Of a DNA stretch of 64,000 bases, positions 19,340-30,030 are shown in pieces. The stretch's first letter is position 1; every line of letters begins with the position of its first letter. The translations under genes were made by a program, and so were the position numbers. Source of the stretch: Candidatus Margulisiibacteriota bacterium (GTDB taxonomy: Bacteria > Margulisbacteria > WOR-1 > O2-12-FULL-45-9); the NCBI GenBank assembly GCA_043816785.1, contig JBDRHP010000011.1, forward strand, positions 59,076-123,075. Direction: 5' to 3'. The notes under the pieces were generated by a model that saw only the letters and a program-made list of their open reading frames with translations, was not told the origin of the DNA and ran no database searches.

Positions 19340-21595
19340 GTGTTGTTCAAAACTATTATCAAATACACTGCCTTATTTGTTTTTTGCGCTTTGCTTGTTT
19401 TGCTGATAGCGGGCCTGCTTTTCTTTCGGCCGGCTGCGCCATCTTTGCAGCAGGTGTTAGATCAACAGCCTTTGTCATCGCCAGATTTTCGTTCAATAAT
19501 TCCCGCTTGGCTTGCTATGTTAGCGGTATCTTTTTTTTCCTTCCTGGGCATCCAGCTTTATGAAATAGTCCGGGACAAAATAAATAGCCCCAAATTGTTC
19601 TCTGACATGGAACAAGCAGCCTTGCCCATCAGGATTGAGCGGCCTGCCCTGGTATTGCCCAACCCGGAGACCCAAAAACCCAAGGTGATCTACGGCCAGT
19701 CCTTGTTTACGGAGTATGATATTTTTCTTTTTAAAGAAGGGAACCACTCCAGGCTCCAGGACAAACTGGGCGCGCATTTAATGACTATAGACAAAGAGCC
19801 GGGGGTTTATTTTGCCGTCTGGGCGCCGAACGCGGAAAAGGTTTCCGTGATCGGGGATTTCAACTATTGGACCCCCGATGAATATTTGCTGGCGCCGCGC
19901 TGGGACGGATCAGGTATCTGGGAAGGTTTTGTCCCCGGGCTTAAGGACCATTCGCTTTACAAATATCATATTACTTCCAAATATAATGGTTTCCGGATTG
20001 AAAAAGGCGATCCCTATGCTTTTTTCTGGGAAACCGCGCCGCGCACAGCCTCGATTGTCTGGTCGCTGGATTATCAGTGGGGGGATGAGGCGTGGCTGCG
20101 CCAGCGGGGCCAGGCTAATGCCTTGAACGCGCCGATGTCAGTTTACGAGGTCCATTTAGGCTCGTGGCGCAGGGTGCCGGAGGAGGGGAACCGTTCCCTC
20201 AATTATCGGGAAATGGCCCATCATCTGGCGGATTATTGCAAACAGACAGGGTTTACCCATGTTGAGTTCCTGCCGGTTATGGAGCATCCATTTTATGGCT
20301 CCTGGGGGTATCAGACCACAGGTTATTTTGCGCCAACCAGCCGCTACGGCACGCCGCAGGATTTTATGTATCTGGTTGATCATTTGCATCAAAACGGTAT
20401 TGGCGTGATCATTGACTGGGTGCCTTCGCATTTTCCCTCTGATCAACACGGTTTGGCCTATTTTGACGGCACCCATCTCTATGAACACGAAGATCCCAGA
20501 AAAGGTTTTCACCCGGACTGGAAGAGCTATATTTTTAATTATGGCCGAAATGAGGTCAAAGGTTTCCTAATCAGTAGCGCCCTGTTTTGGTTGGAGAAAT
20601 ATCACATTGATTGTATCAGGATCGACGCAGTCGCCTCCATGATCTATCTGGACTATTCTAGGAAAGAAGGAGAATGGATCCCTAATGAGCATGGCGGGCG
20701 GGAAAATCTGGAAGCAATGCATTTCCTGCAGCGGCTCAATCAGGTTGTTTATGGCGAGCACCCAGACGTGCAAACTATTGCCGAGGAATCAACTGCCTGG
20801 CCCATGGTAACGCGGCCAATTGACATGGGCGGTCTTGGTTTTGGCCTTAAATGGAACATGGGCTGGATGCACGATACCCTTAAGTATATTTCACAAGATC
20901 CGATCTTTCGGAAGTATCACCAGGATGAGTTGTCTTTCAGCCTCTGGTACGCTTTTTTTGAGAACTTTATGCTTTCTTTGTCCCATGACGAAGTGGTCCA
21001 TGGCAAAGGCTCAATGTTTGGCAAAATGCCTGGCGATGACTGGCAAAAATTTGCTAATCTGCGGCTGCTTTATGGCTACATGTTTGGTCATCCGGGCAAG
21101 AAACTGCTTTTTATGGGCTGTGAATTTGGCCAGTGGAAAGAATGGACCCATGAAGAAAGCTTGGAATGGCACGCGCTCGATTATGCACCGCACCAGCAGC
21201 TGCTGAACTGGGTTAGTGACCTTAATCATCTCTATCGGGCTGAACCATCACTTTTTGAAAATGATTTTGGCCAGGACGGCTTTGAATGGATTGACTTTGG
21301 TGACCACCAAAACAGTGTCATTAGTTTTATTCGCAAAGGCCGCTCCAACAGCGACATCCTGCTGGTAGTCTGTAATTTTACTCCAGTGCCCCGATTAAAT
21401 TATCGGGTGGGGGTGCCGGTTGACGGTTTCTGGCAGGAAAAGCTGAATAGCGATGCCAGGGAATATGGCGGCAGCGGCCTGGGCAACTTTGGCGGCTTTG
21501 CGGCTGATCCGGTGCCAGCGCATGGCAGACCATTTTCTCTAAATTTAACGCTCCCGCCGTTGGGTGTGGTATTTTTTAAGAGCAGCGGAAGATAA
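19340..21595 (+). CDS. glgB: 1,4-alpha-glucan branching enzyme with N-terminal two-TM extension
   Basis: [44 protein letters not shown] 19340 after GGAG. Confidence 0.93.
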   Translation: MLFKTIIKYTALFVFCALLVLLIAGLLFFRPAAPSLQQVLDQQPLSSPDFRSIIPAWLAMLAVSFFSFLGIQLYEIVRDKINSPKLFSDMEQAALPIRIERPALVLPNPETQKPKVIYGQSLFTEYDIFLFKEGNHSRLQDKLGAHLMTIDKEPGVYFAVWAPNAEKVSVIGDFNYWTPDEYLLAPRWDGSGIWEGFVPGLKDHSLYKYHITSKYNGFRIEKGDPYAFFWETAPRTASIVWSLDYQWGDEAWLRQRGQANALNAPMSVYEVHLGSWRRVPEEGNRSLNYREMAHHLADYCKQTGFTHVEFLPVMEHPFYGSWGYQTTGYFAPTSRYGTPQDFMYLVDHLHQNGIGVIIDWVPSHFPSDQHGLAYFDGTHLYEHEDPRKGFHPDWKSYIFNYGRNEVKGFLISSALFWLEKYHIDCIRIDAVASMIYLDYSRKEGEWIPNEHGGRENLEAMHFLQRLNQVVYGEHPDVQTIAEESTAWPMVTRPIDMGGLGFGLKWNMGWMHDTLKYISQDPIFRKYHQDELSFSLWYAFFENFMLSLSHDEVVHGKGSMFGKMPGDDWQKFANLRLLYGYMFGHPGKKLLFMGCEFGQWKEWTHEESLEWHALDYAPHQQLLNWVSDLNHLYRAEPSLFENDFGQDGFEWIDFGDHQNSVISFIRKGRSNSDILLVVCNFTPVPRLNYRVGVPVDGFWQEKLNSDAREYGGSGLGNFGGFAADPVPAHGRPFSLNLTLPPLGVVFFKSSGR

Positions 21596-21597
21596 AG

Positions 21598-24099
21598 ATG
21601 AAAGCAGCGATATTAGCAGGTGGATTGGGGACAAGGCTTCACCCTTTAACAGTTGATCTTCCCAAACCGATGGTGCCTCTGGCCAACCGGCCGATCATGA
21701 GCTATCTGGTCGAGCTTTTGGCCCGGCATGGGTTTGATGACCTTTGCGTTTTGCTATACCACCAACCAGAAGTTATCAAAGATTATTTTAAAGACGGCAG
21801 GGAATTCGGCGTAAAAATTAAGTATGTTGAAGCACCCAAGGACTTTGGCACTGCCGGCGCGATCAGGTTTGCCTGCTCTGATCTCAAAGAGCCGCTCTTG
21901 GTTATTAGCGCTGATCTTGTCACGGATATTGATCTGACCGCAGCGCTCGATTTCCACAAGAAGAAGAAAGCTCTGGCTACGATTGTTCTCACAAGGGTGG
22001 GAAACCCGCTGCCTTACGGCATCGTTATCTCCGACCAGCGGGGCAGAGTAAATAAATTCCTGGAAAAACCCACTTGGGGAGAAGTTTTCTCGGATACGGT
22101 CAACGCCGGCATTTATATATTGGAGCCAAAAGCAATTGCCCGCATCCCTGTTCAAAAGCAATTTGACTTCAGTTATGATCTTTTTCCCGCGCTGCTAGCT
22201 GAGAACAAGGCGCTGTACGGTTATGTGGCTGAAGGGTATTGGAAGGACATCGGCAAGATTGAAGAATATGCCCGGACCCATTACGATCTGCTGACCGGCA
22301 GGGTTAAAGTTGACCTTAAGGGAAAGAAATTTAAAAAAAGTAATATTTTTGTGGGAGAGAATGTTCAGGTGCCTGCTTCCGTGGTGCTGGATGGGGTGGG
22401 GATAATCGGCAATAACACGATCATTGGCGAACACGTGGTCCTGAAAAACACCATTATTGGCAATGGTTGTAAAATTGCCCGGGACAGCGATTATCGCGAA
22501 GCAATTGTTTGGGACGGAGTTGAAATCGGGCCTGAAGTCAGACTGGAGCGGGCCATTGTCTGCAATGATGCTGTAATCGGCGCCCTGGCTGATCTTCAGG
22601 AAGGTTCAGTGATCGGCAGCGAAACAAAAGTCGGTCGGGAAGCAGTGATCCATCCTTTTATCAAGGTCTGGCCCAGAAAGGAGATCGAGGATAAATCAAG
22701 CGTTTCCCGCTCAGTTATATGGCGGGAACGTTGGACCAGGGCTGTTTTCGACCAGCATGGGGTGACCGGCGTTTGTAATGTTGAGATCACACCGCAGTTT
22801 GCGGCGGCGCTGGGCGCAGCGTATGGTTCGGTCCTGGGCAAAGGCAGCATGATTTCCTGCAGCCGCGACAGCCATAAAGCGTCGCGCATGATCTTCCGCG
22901 CTTTAATCGCCGGTATTTTATCCACCGGTGTTAATATTTCTGACCTGGAAATGGTGCCGATCCCGGTCAACCGCTACGAAGTGCGCTCGCTCAAGTCCAA
23001 GGGCGGATTTCATGTCCGTAAATCACCCTTTGATCCCGAGGTCATTGATATTAAATTCTTTGATGAAAGAGGGATGGATATCAGCTCGGCGGTTGAAAAA
23101 AAGGTCGAGCGCAATTTCTTTGGCGAAGATTTTGTCCGGGCCAGGATAGAGGAAGCCGGCGAATTAAGTTATCCCATTCACCGTGTGACAGAGGAATACC
23201 GGGCCGGGCTTTTTGAGCATCTGGATATTAAGACCATTGCCGGTTCCAATATCAAGCTGGCCATAAATTATGCATATGGCTCGGCGTCCCAGCTTTTTCC
23301 GTCGATCATGGGGGAGTTGGGATTGGAAGTGGTTGCCCTGGACGCTTATATTGACGAGACCAAAATAACCAAGGATCGCGAGGCTTTTGAGAGATCCCAA
23401 CACCAGATGGCGCAGATCGTCAAAAGCCTGGGGAATGACCTGGGTATCATCATGGATACTGGTGCGGAGAAGATCTTTCTGTGCGATGAAAAAGGCCAGA
23501 TGGTCGATGGCCGCAAAGCTTTAGCCATGATGGCCTTGCTGGCGCTGAGATCGAACAAGAACAGCGTTATCGCGGTGCCGGTTAAGGAATCGATGGTTAT
23601 TGATGAATTGGCCGGCAAATACAAAGGGAGAGTCGTCAGGACCAAAAATAGTATCCGGGGAATGATGGAAGTGGCGGAGGAAGGCAAGGCAGTCTTTCTG
23701 GGAGAGAACCAGGGCGGCTATATCTTTCCTGATTTCATGCCCTGTTTTGACGGCATGTATTCTGTCTGTAAGTTGATCGAGTTCCTGGCCAGGGAAAAGG
23801 TAAAACTTTCCGACCTGGCGGCCGAGATCCCGCCGATCCGGATCGCTAAAAGGACCATTCCCTGTTCCCAGGAGCAAAAGGGATTGGTGATGCGCCTGGC
23901 GATTGATAAATTGAGGAAAACCGAAAAGATCGAAATGATCGACGGGCTGAAGTTCTGGCAGGATGGGGAGTGGGCCCTGATCCTGCCGGAAACCGTTCGG
24001 CCGGAGATCCATTTATATGCTGAAGCCAGGACTGAGAAACGCGCCCACTTGCTTTTGGATAAATACCAAAAAATGATCGAGGCAATCAAGGAGGGGTAA
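21598..24099 (+). CDS. Sugar-phosphate nucleotidyltransferase fused to a phosphomannomutase-like domain
   Basis: LAGGLGTRL..PKP, FLEKP, left-handed beta-helix, then PGM/PMM fold with degenerate active-site motifs. Confidence 0.85.
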   Translation: MKAAILAGGLGTRLHPLTVDLPKPMVPLANRPIMSYLVELLARHGFDDLCVLLYHQPEVIKDYFKDGREFGVKIKYVEAPKDFGTAGAIRFACSDLKEPLLVISADLVTDIDLTAALDFHKKKKALATIVLTRVGNPLPYGIVISDQRGRVNKFLEKPTWGEVFSDTVNAGIYILEPKAIARIPVQKQFDFSYDLFPALLAENKALYGYVAEGYWKDIGKIEEYARTHYDLLTGRVKVDLKGKKFKKSNIFVGENVQVPASVVLDGVGIIGNNTIIGEHVVLKNTIIGNGCKIARDSDYREAIVWDGVEIGPEVRLERAIVCNDAVIGALADLQEGSVIGSETKVGREAVIHPFIKVWPRKEIEDKSSVSRSVIWRERWTRAVFDQHGVTGVCNVEITPQFAAALGAAYGSVLGKGSMISCSRDSHKASRMIFRALIAGILSTGVNISDLEMVPIPVNRYEVRSLKSKGGFHVRKSPFDPEVIDIKFFDERGMDISSAVEKKVERNFFGEDFVRARIEEAGELSYPIHRVTEEYRAGLFEHLDIKTIAGSNIKLAINYAYGSASQLFPSIMGELGLEVVALDAYIDETKITKDREAFERSQHQMAQIVKSLGNDLGIIMDTGAEKIFLCDEKGQMVDGRKALAMMALLALRSNKNSVIAVPVKESMVIDELAGKYKGRVVRTKNSIRGMMEVAEEGKAVFLGENQGGYIFPDFMPCFDGMYSVCKLIEFLAREKVKLSDLAAEIPPIRIAKRTIPCSQEQKGLVMRLAIDKLRKTEKIEMIDGLKFWQDGEWALILPETVRPEIHLYAEARTEKRAHLLLDKYQKMIEAIKEG

Positions 24100-24100
24100 A

Positions 24101-25516
24101 ATGAAGATATTAATAGTTTCCTCAGAAGTTGTCCCATTCGCAAAGACCGGCGGCCTGGCGGATGTGGCCGGAGCCCTGCCCAAGGCGCTGAAGGAGCTTG
24201 GGCATGATATCCGGGTATTCATGCCGCGCTATAAAAAAGTTGACCCCCAGAAATATGGGCTAAGGAAAATGTCGGAAGAGATCTGGGAAGGAAAGATCCC
24301 GGATTCCGAAGTCACAGTTTATTTTTACGAGAACGAAAAATATTTCGGCGGTCGTGACGAATTGTACCAGGTAAAAGGTGTTGATTATGAAGATAATCTA
24401 GAAAGGTTTGCGGCCTTTTGCCAGGCAACGCCCCGGCTGCTCAAAGCATTGAATTGGACGCCGGAAATTATTCATTGCAACGACTGGCAATCGGCCTTGA
24501 TCGCAGCTTACGTTAAGCTTGGCAGTGAGCCGATCTTTAGTCGGACCGGGGTTGTTTATTCAATCCATAATATGGGGTATCTGGGGTTGTTCCCTAAAGA
24601 AAAGCTGTCGGCTACCGGGCTGGGCTGGGACCAGTTTTCTTCCGACAAGCTGGAATTTTGGGGTAAAATAGCCCTGACCAAAGCAGGCTTTGTTTACGCG
24701 GATGTTATTAATACTGTTTCACAAACCTATGCCAAAGAGATCCAGACCGAAGAATATGGCCATGGGCTGAACGGTTTAATCCGTCACCGCAGCCAGGATG
24801 TTTACGGAATTGTCAATGGCCTGGATTACGATGTTTGGAATCCGGCAACTGACAAAAATATTCCTCAGCGCTATTCTGCGGGTTCGCTCTTGGGCAAGGC
24901 CGCGAACAAGGCTGCCCTGCAAAAGCAGAACGGCCTGCCGCAAAAAAAACAAACCCCGGTGATCGGCATGATAACGCGCCTGGCTGACCAGAAGGGCCTG
25001 GATATTTTGGCCGGCGCGCTGGACGAAATCATGGAACTAAAATGCCAGTTTGTTGTTTTGGGCACCGGCGATCCCCAGTATCATGAGCTGCTAAAGCAGG
25101 CCAAGCAAAAATACCCAGATTACATTGGTGCCAATCTTAAGTTTGATGCCATGCTGGCCCAGCTGATCTATGCTGGCTCAGACATGTTCCTGATGCCCTC
25201 GCGCTATGAGCCCTGCGGACTGGGGCAGCTGATCAGCTTTAAATACGGCACGGTCCCGATCGTGCGTAAAACCGGCGGCTTGGCTGACACAGTGCATGAT
25301 TTTATCAGTAAGACAGGGGAAGGCGATGGCTTTGTTTTTCAAGAATACAGTTCAGCCGCCTTGCTGGATGCGGTCAAACGCGCCCTGGCTGTTTATAAAA
25401 AGAAGGCGCTCTGGAAAAAATTGGTTGAGAAGGTCATGGACTATGATTATTCGTGGGGAGCTTCGGCCAAACATTATGAAGCACTCTACGCCCGGGCGAT
25501 GAGCAAAAGAGCTTGA
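24101..25516 (+). CDS. glgA: Glycogen synthase
   Basis: KTGGLADV, HCNDWQ, RLADQKG, PSRYEPCGLGQ. Confidence 0.96.
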   Translation: MKILIVSSEVVPFAKTGGLADVAGALPKALKELGHDIRVFMPRYKKVDPQKYGLRKMSEEIWEGKIPDSEVTVYFYENEKYFGGRDELYQVKGVDYEDNLERFAAFCQATPRLLKALNWTPEIIHCNDWQSALIAAYVKLGSEPIFSRTGVVYSIHNMGYLGLFPKEKLSATGLGWDQFSSDKLEFWGKIALTKAGFVYADVINTVSQTYAKEIQTEEYGHGLNGLIRHRSQDVYGIVNGLDYDVWNPATDKNIPQRYSAGSLLGKAANKAALQKQNGLPQKKQTPVIGMITRLADQKGLDILAGALDEIMELKCQFVVLGTGDPQYHELLKQAKQKYPDYIGANLKFDAMLAQLIYAGSDMFLMPSRYEPCGLGQLISFKYGTVPIVRKTGGLADTVHDFISKTGEGDGFVFQEYSSAALLDAVKRALAVYKKKALWKKLVEKVMDYDYSWGASAKHYEALYARAMSKRA

Positions 25517-25569
25517 CTTTGTCATGACGGAAGATTAGAATTCTTTTCGGTTGTAATAAGGAGGAAAAC

Positions 25570-25800
25570 ATGCAAGAACAAATTGGACAAACCGCGGGAA
25601 AAGTCTGGCTGGCCTTGGGGAAAAAAGGCGAAACTAATTTGGCGATGCTGCCGAAAGTGATCAAGGAGAAAAGCGAAATAACTTTTCAGGCCTTGGGTTG
25701 GTTGGCTCACGAAGGCAAGATCATTTACCAGAAAAAGGGCGACAAAAACTTCGTGGCGCTTTCTCCGCGAGAGCAAGAGGTTTTTAAGACTGTCCATTAA
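25570..25800 (+). CDS. Small winged-helix protein (DUF2582-like)
   Basis: IGQTAGKVW..L and ALGWLAHEGKI; GAGG RBS. Confidence 0.8.
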   Translation: MQEQIGQTAGKVWLALGKKGETNLAMLPKVIKEKSEITFQALGWLAHEGKIIYQKKGDKNFVALSPREQEVFKTVH

Positions 25801-25810
25801 TCAACGCGGC

Positions 25811-27601
25811 TTGGCCAGGGTTGGAGCAAAATACCTCGGCAATGATTGCTGTGAGTTTTCGCTCTGGGCCCCTCTATTAAACCAAGTTGCCTTAAAGATT
25901 GTTTCCCCACAAGAGCGGATTATTCCGCTGCAGAAATCAGCAGGCGGTTACTGGCGGCTTAGGCTTTCTAAAATTCCTCCTGGGACGCTTTATTATTATC
26001 TAGTTAATGATTCCAAGCGGTTGCCTGACCCTGCGTCTTTTTATCAACCCAAGGGTGTGCATGGGCCTTCCCAAGTAATTGATCAGTCAGGTTTTAACTG
26101 GGGCGATGGGGCTTGGCCGGGAATTCCGCTTGCTGAAATGATTATTTACGAACTGCATGTGGGGACCTTTACCCCGCAAGGCACTTTTGCAGCCATTATT
26201 CCTCGACTTCCTGAACTGAAAAAATTAGGCGTTAACACAATTGAGCTTATGCCTGTAGCCCAGTTTCCTGGGAAGCGCAATTGGGGTTACGACGGCACTT
26301 GTCCGTTTTCCGTGCAGAATTCCTACGGCGGTCCAGGGGGATTTAAAACACTGGTTAATGAAGCGCACCAAGCTGGCTTGGCTGTTATCCTGGATGTTGT
26401 TTACAATCATTTGGGGCCGGAGGGTAATTACCTGGCGGAGTTTGGCCCTTATTTTACCTCTAAATATGTAACGCCCTGGGGAAAAGCGGTCAATTTTGAC
26501 GACAAAGGCAACGGAGGCGTGAGAAATTATTTTATCCAGAATTCACGGCACTGGTTTGATCATTATCACATTGATGCTTTGCGGCTGGATGCCATCCACG
26601 GGATATTTGATCAAAGCAAGAAACATATTTTGAGAGAGCTTTCCGAAAAAACTGATCGGTTTTCCAAAAGCAAGGGCCGCAAGTTTTATCTGATTGCGGA
26701 AAGCGATCTCAACCAGGAGCGCGTAGTGCGCGACCGCAGCAAAGGCGGTTATGGCGTACATGCCCAATGGAACGATGATTTCCATCACGCCCTCCACACC
26801 ATCTTAACCGGTGAAAAAAAAGGCTATTACCAAGATTTTGGAAAGATCGAACAGCTTGAAAAAGCCTACGGCCAGGGGTTTGTTTATTCAGGCCAATATT
26901 CTGCTTATCGGGAAAAGAGGCATGGCACTTCTTCTAAAAATATACCAGCTTCACGCTTGGTGGTCTTTACCCAGAACCATGACCAGGTCGGCAATCGGCT
27001 GGCAGGAGAAAGGCTTTCACAGCTGGTGTCTTTTGAAGCTTTAAAGCTGGCTGCCGGAGCCATGCTTGTTGCGCCCTATATCCCTTTGCTTTTCATGGGT
27101 GAAGAATACGCCGAAAACATACCCTTTTATTTTTTTGTTGATTTTGGCGATCCAGGGCTAATTAAAGCTGTCCGGGAAGGTCGGCAGAAGGAATTTTCCG
27201 CTTTTGGCTGGGACCAACCAATCCCCGATCCGCAAGTGCAAAAAACATTTGATCGATCAAAAATTGACTGGCGAAAAAGGAACAGCGGTAAACATCAGGT
27301 CATGCTTAAATATTACCAAAGGCTTTTGAGCTTGCGGCGCGATATCCCTGCTCTGTCGCATCTTAGCAAGAAAAACTTGAAGGTCAGTAAGCTGGCGGAC
27401 AGGACCATTCTCCTGGAAAGATGGCATCTGAAGAGCAGGGTGTGGTGTATAATGAATTTTGGCAAGGAAATAGTAAAATCCAATTTGCCTAAAAAGGCAG
27501 TAAAAATAATGGATTCTTCTGATACAATATGGAGTGGCCCCGGTGCTTTGGAGAAAGCGATAAATCCTTTAAGTTTGGTCTTGTATGAGGTGAGCAAATG
27601 A
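25811..27601 (+). CDS. treZ: Malto-oligosyltrehalose trehalohydrolase
   Basis: YELHVGTFT, NWGYDG, RLDAIH, QNHDQVGNR. Confidence 0.93.
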   Translation: MARVGAKYLGNDCCEFSLWAPLLNQVALKIVSPQERIIPLQKSAGGYWRLRLSKIPPGTLYYYLVNDSKRLPDPASFYQPKGVHGPSQVIDQSGFNWGDGAWPGIPLAEMIIYELHVGTFTPQGTFAAIIPRLPELKKLGVNTIELMPVAQFPGKRNWGYDGTCPFSVQNSYGGPGGFKTLVNEAHQAGLAVILDVVYNHLGPEGNYLAEFGPYFTSKYVTPWGKAVNFDDKGNGGVRNYFIQNSRHWFDHYHIDALRLDAIHGIFDQSKKHILRELSEKTDRFSKSKGRKFYLIAESDLNQERVVRDRSKGGYGVHAQWNDDFHHALHTILTGEKKGYYQDFGKIEQLEKAYGQGFVYSGQYSAYREKRHGTSSKNIPASRLVVFTQNHDQVGNRLAGERLSQLVSFEALKLAAGAMLVAPYIPLLFMGEEYAENIPFYFFVDFGDPGLIKAVREGRQKEFSAFGWDQPIPDPQVQKTFDRSKIDWRKRNSGKHQVMLKYYQRLLSLRRDIPALSHLSKKNLKVSKLADRTILLERWHLKSRVWCIMNFGKEIVKSNLPKKAVKIMDSSDTIWSGPGALEKAINPLSLVLYEVSK

Positions 27602-30030
27602 GCCGATATATTTGTATCCATGGCCATTTTTACCAGCCACCGAGGGAAAATCCCTGGCTGGAAGAGATTGAGCTTCAAGATTCAGCTTATCCTTATCACG
27701 ACTGGAATCAGCGCGTAACCGCTGAGTGCTATGCCCCCAACACTGCTTCACGCATCCTTGACCATGACAAGAAAATCATTAATATCATAAATAACTACTC
27801 AAAGATCAGCTTTAATTTTGGGCCCACCCTTCTTTCCTGGCTGGCCAAAAAAGAACCGGATGTTTATTCTGCCGTCCTGGATGCTGATATTTTAAGTCAG
27901 GAAAATTTTGCCGGCCACGGTTCGGCTCTGGCCCAGGTTTACAACCATATGATTATGCCCCTGGCCAATAGCCGTGATAAGGAAACGCAGATTGTTTGGG
28001 GGATCAAGGATTTTGAATATCGTTTTAAGCGGAAACCCGAAGGCATATGGCTGGCGGAAACTGCCGTTGACCTTGAAACCCTGGGACTTATGGCAAAGTA
28101 TGGCATCCGGTTCACGATTCTGGCGCCAAACCAGGCTAAACGGGTCCGTAAGATCGGCAATAAAAGCTGGAAGGATGTTAGCGGCGGACGAGTTGACTCC
28201 AAATATCCCTATTTGGTCAATCTTTCGTCCGGCCAAAAAATTGTGGTTTTTTTCTATGACGGCCCCCTTTCACAGGACGTGGCTTTTGCGGGCTTGCTGA
28301 ATAACGGCGAGAACTTTGGCAACCGGCTGGCCAGCGCTTTTGTGGATCAAGAAAAAGAATCGCAGCTGGTGCACATTGCCACTGATGGTGAGTCTTATGG
28401 CCATCATCACCGGCATGGGGAAATGGCGCTTTCCTATTGTTTGTATCATATTGAGAATAACGGCCTGGCCGAGATCACCAATTATGCCGCTTATCTGGCA
28501 GAGAACGAGCCAGTATATGAAGCTGAGATCTTTGAAAATTCCTCTTGGAGCTGCGCACATGGCGTGGAGCGGTGGAAAGCTGATTGCGGCTGTAATTCTG
28601 GCTGTCATCAGGGTTGGCGCCAGCAATGGCGCGCGCCGCTCAGGCAGGCGATGGATTGGTTAAGGGACGAATTGGTTAAGATTTACGAGCAGGAAATGTC
28701 GGCGCTGGTCAAGGATCCCTGGCAAGCCAGGAATGATTATATTGAAGTTATTCTGGACCGATCTGAAGAAAACAATGAACGGTTCCTGGCCCGGCAAGCG
28801 AGCGCGAAGCTTGCCTGGCAAAAACAGGTCAAGGCGCGGCAGCTGCTGGAGATGCAGCGTTATGCCATGCTCATGTTCACGAGCTGTGGCTGGTTCTTTG
28901 ACGACATTTCAGGCATAGAAACAGTTCAGGTCATACTTTATGCCTCACGGGCCATCCAGCTGGCGCGAGAGATAAGCGGAATTGACCTTGAGCCGGCTTA
29001 TGTGAAAAAACTGGAACAAGCCGCGGGTAACCTGCCTGCTCTGGCTAATGGCGCAGAGGTATACAATAGGTATGTCAAGCCCGAGATCCTGGACCTTTTG
29101 AGGGTTGGCGCGCATTACGCGATTTCTTCCCTGTTTGAGGGATATCCTGCAAATGCCAAGCTTTTTTGCTACTGGATAGACAAGCTGGCTTTTGAGCGGT
29201 TGGAGAAAAATAACGGGAAACTGGCTGTGGGCAAGGCACACATCTACTCTACCCTGACAGCAGAAGAGGTTGACGTGAGCTTTGCTGTTGTGCATTTAGG
29301 CGGGGAAGAGTTTTTTGGCGGGGTCAATATTTGCGGCAAAGACTGCGATTTTGACGATACGGCTAAAAGGATCAAAGAGGGGTTTTTAAGCGATGGCCGA
29401 GAAAAAATTTCACATTTGCTTGACGAGTATTTTGGCCGCCACAGTTATTCGCTCTGGCATCTCTTTCGTGATGAGCAGCGAAAGATCCTTAACCTGGTAG
29501 CCAAACCGGCTTTTGAAGAGGTCAAAGAGTCGCTGCGCCGGATCTTTGAGGAGCATTACCAGACCATGCGGGGCATGAACAAGCTGCGTATCCACCTGCC
29601 GATGGCGCTTTTTACCACTGCCAGATTTGTGATCAATAATGAACTGCGGCAATTGCTGGAAGCGGATGAATTTAATCTTTCCCGCTTTCAAAAAGTTGTC
29701 GAAGAGTTCAAGGACTGGCCGATAAAACTGGACCGCAAAACCATTATCTATCATGCTTCGCTGGTGATCAACCGCATGGTGGAAAAGTGTTTTGCTTTTC
29801 CCGAGAATATCAATTGGCTTGAGCAGGTCAATCTGGCGCTCCAGGTTTTTCTTGGTCCGCCGCTGGCGCTGGACCTTGATCTCTGGCGCTCCCAAAATCT
29901 TTATTTTAAGATTGGGAAAAAACTCTATGCCGAAATGTCAAGGAAAGAGGCTAAAGGGTCAGAAGAAGCCAGGCGCTGGCGGCGGGAATTCAATAGGCTG
30001 GGAGATTATCTTAAGGTTAGGATTAGATGA
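27598..30030 (+). CDS. GH57-family glycoside hydrolase with DUF3536-like C-terminus
   Basis: HGHFYQPPRENPW, WLAETAVD, ATDGESYGHH, SWSCAHGVERW. Confidence 0.88.
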   Translation: MSRYICIHGHFYQPPRENPWLEEIELQDSAYPYHDWNQRVTAECYAPNTASRILDHDKKIINIINNYSKISFNFGPTLLSWLAKKEPDVYSAVLDADILSQENFAGHGSALAQVYNHMIMPLANSRDKETQIVWGIKDFEYRFKRKPEGIWLAETAVDLETLGLMAKYGIRFTILAPNQAKRVRKIGNKSWKDVSGGRVDSKYPYLVNLSSGQKIVVFFYDGPLSQDVAFAGLLNNGENFGNRLASAFVDQEKESQLVHIATDGESYGHHHRHGEMALSYCLYHIENNGLAEITNYAAYLAENEPVYEAEIFENSSWSCAHGVERWKADCGCNSGCHQGWRQQWRAPLRQAMDWLRDELVKIYEQEMSALVKDPWQARNDYIEVILDRSEENNERFLARQASAKLAWQKQVKARQLLEMQRYAMLMFTSCGWFFDDISGIETVQVILYASRAIQLAREISGIDLEPAYVKKLEQAAGNLPALANGAEVYNRYVKPEILDLLRVGAHYAISSLFEGYPANAKLFCYWIDKLAFERLEKNNGKLAVGKAHIYSTLTAEEVDVSFAVVHLGGEEFFGGVNICGKDCDFDDTAKRIKEGFLSDGREKISHLLDEYFGRHSYSLWHLFRDEQRKILNLVAKPAFEEVKESLRRIFEEHYQTMRGMNKLRIHLPMALFTTARFVINNELRQLLEADEFNLSRFQKVVEEFKDWPIKLDRKTIIYHASLVINRMVEKCFAFPENINWLEQVNLALQVFLGPPLALDLDLWRSQNLYFKIGKKLYAEMSRKEAKGSEEARRWRREFNRLGDYLKVRIR

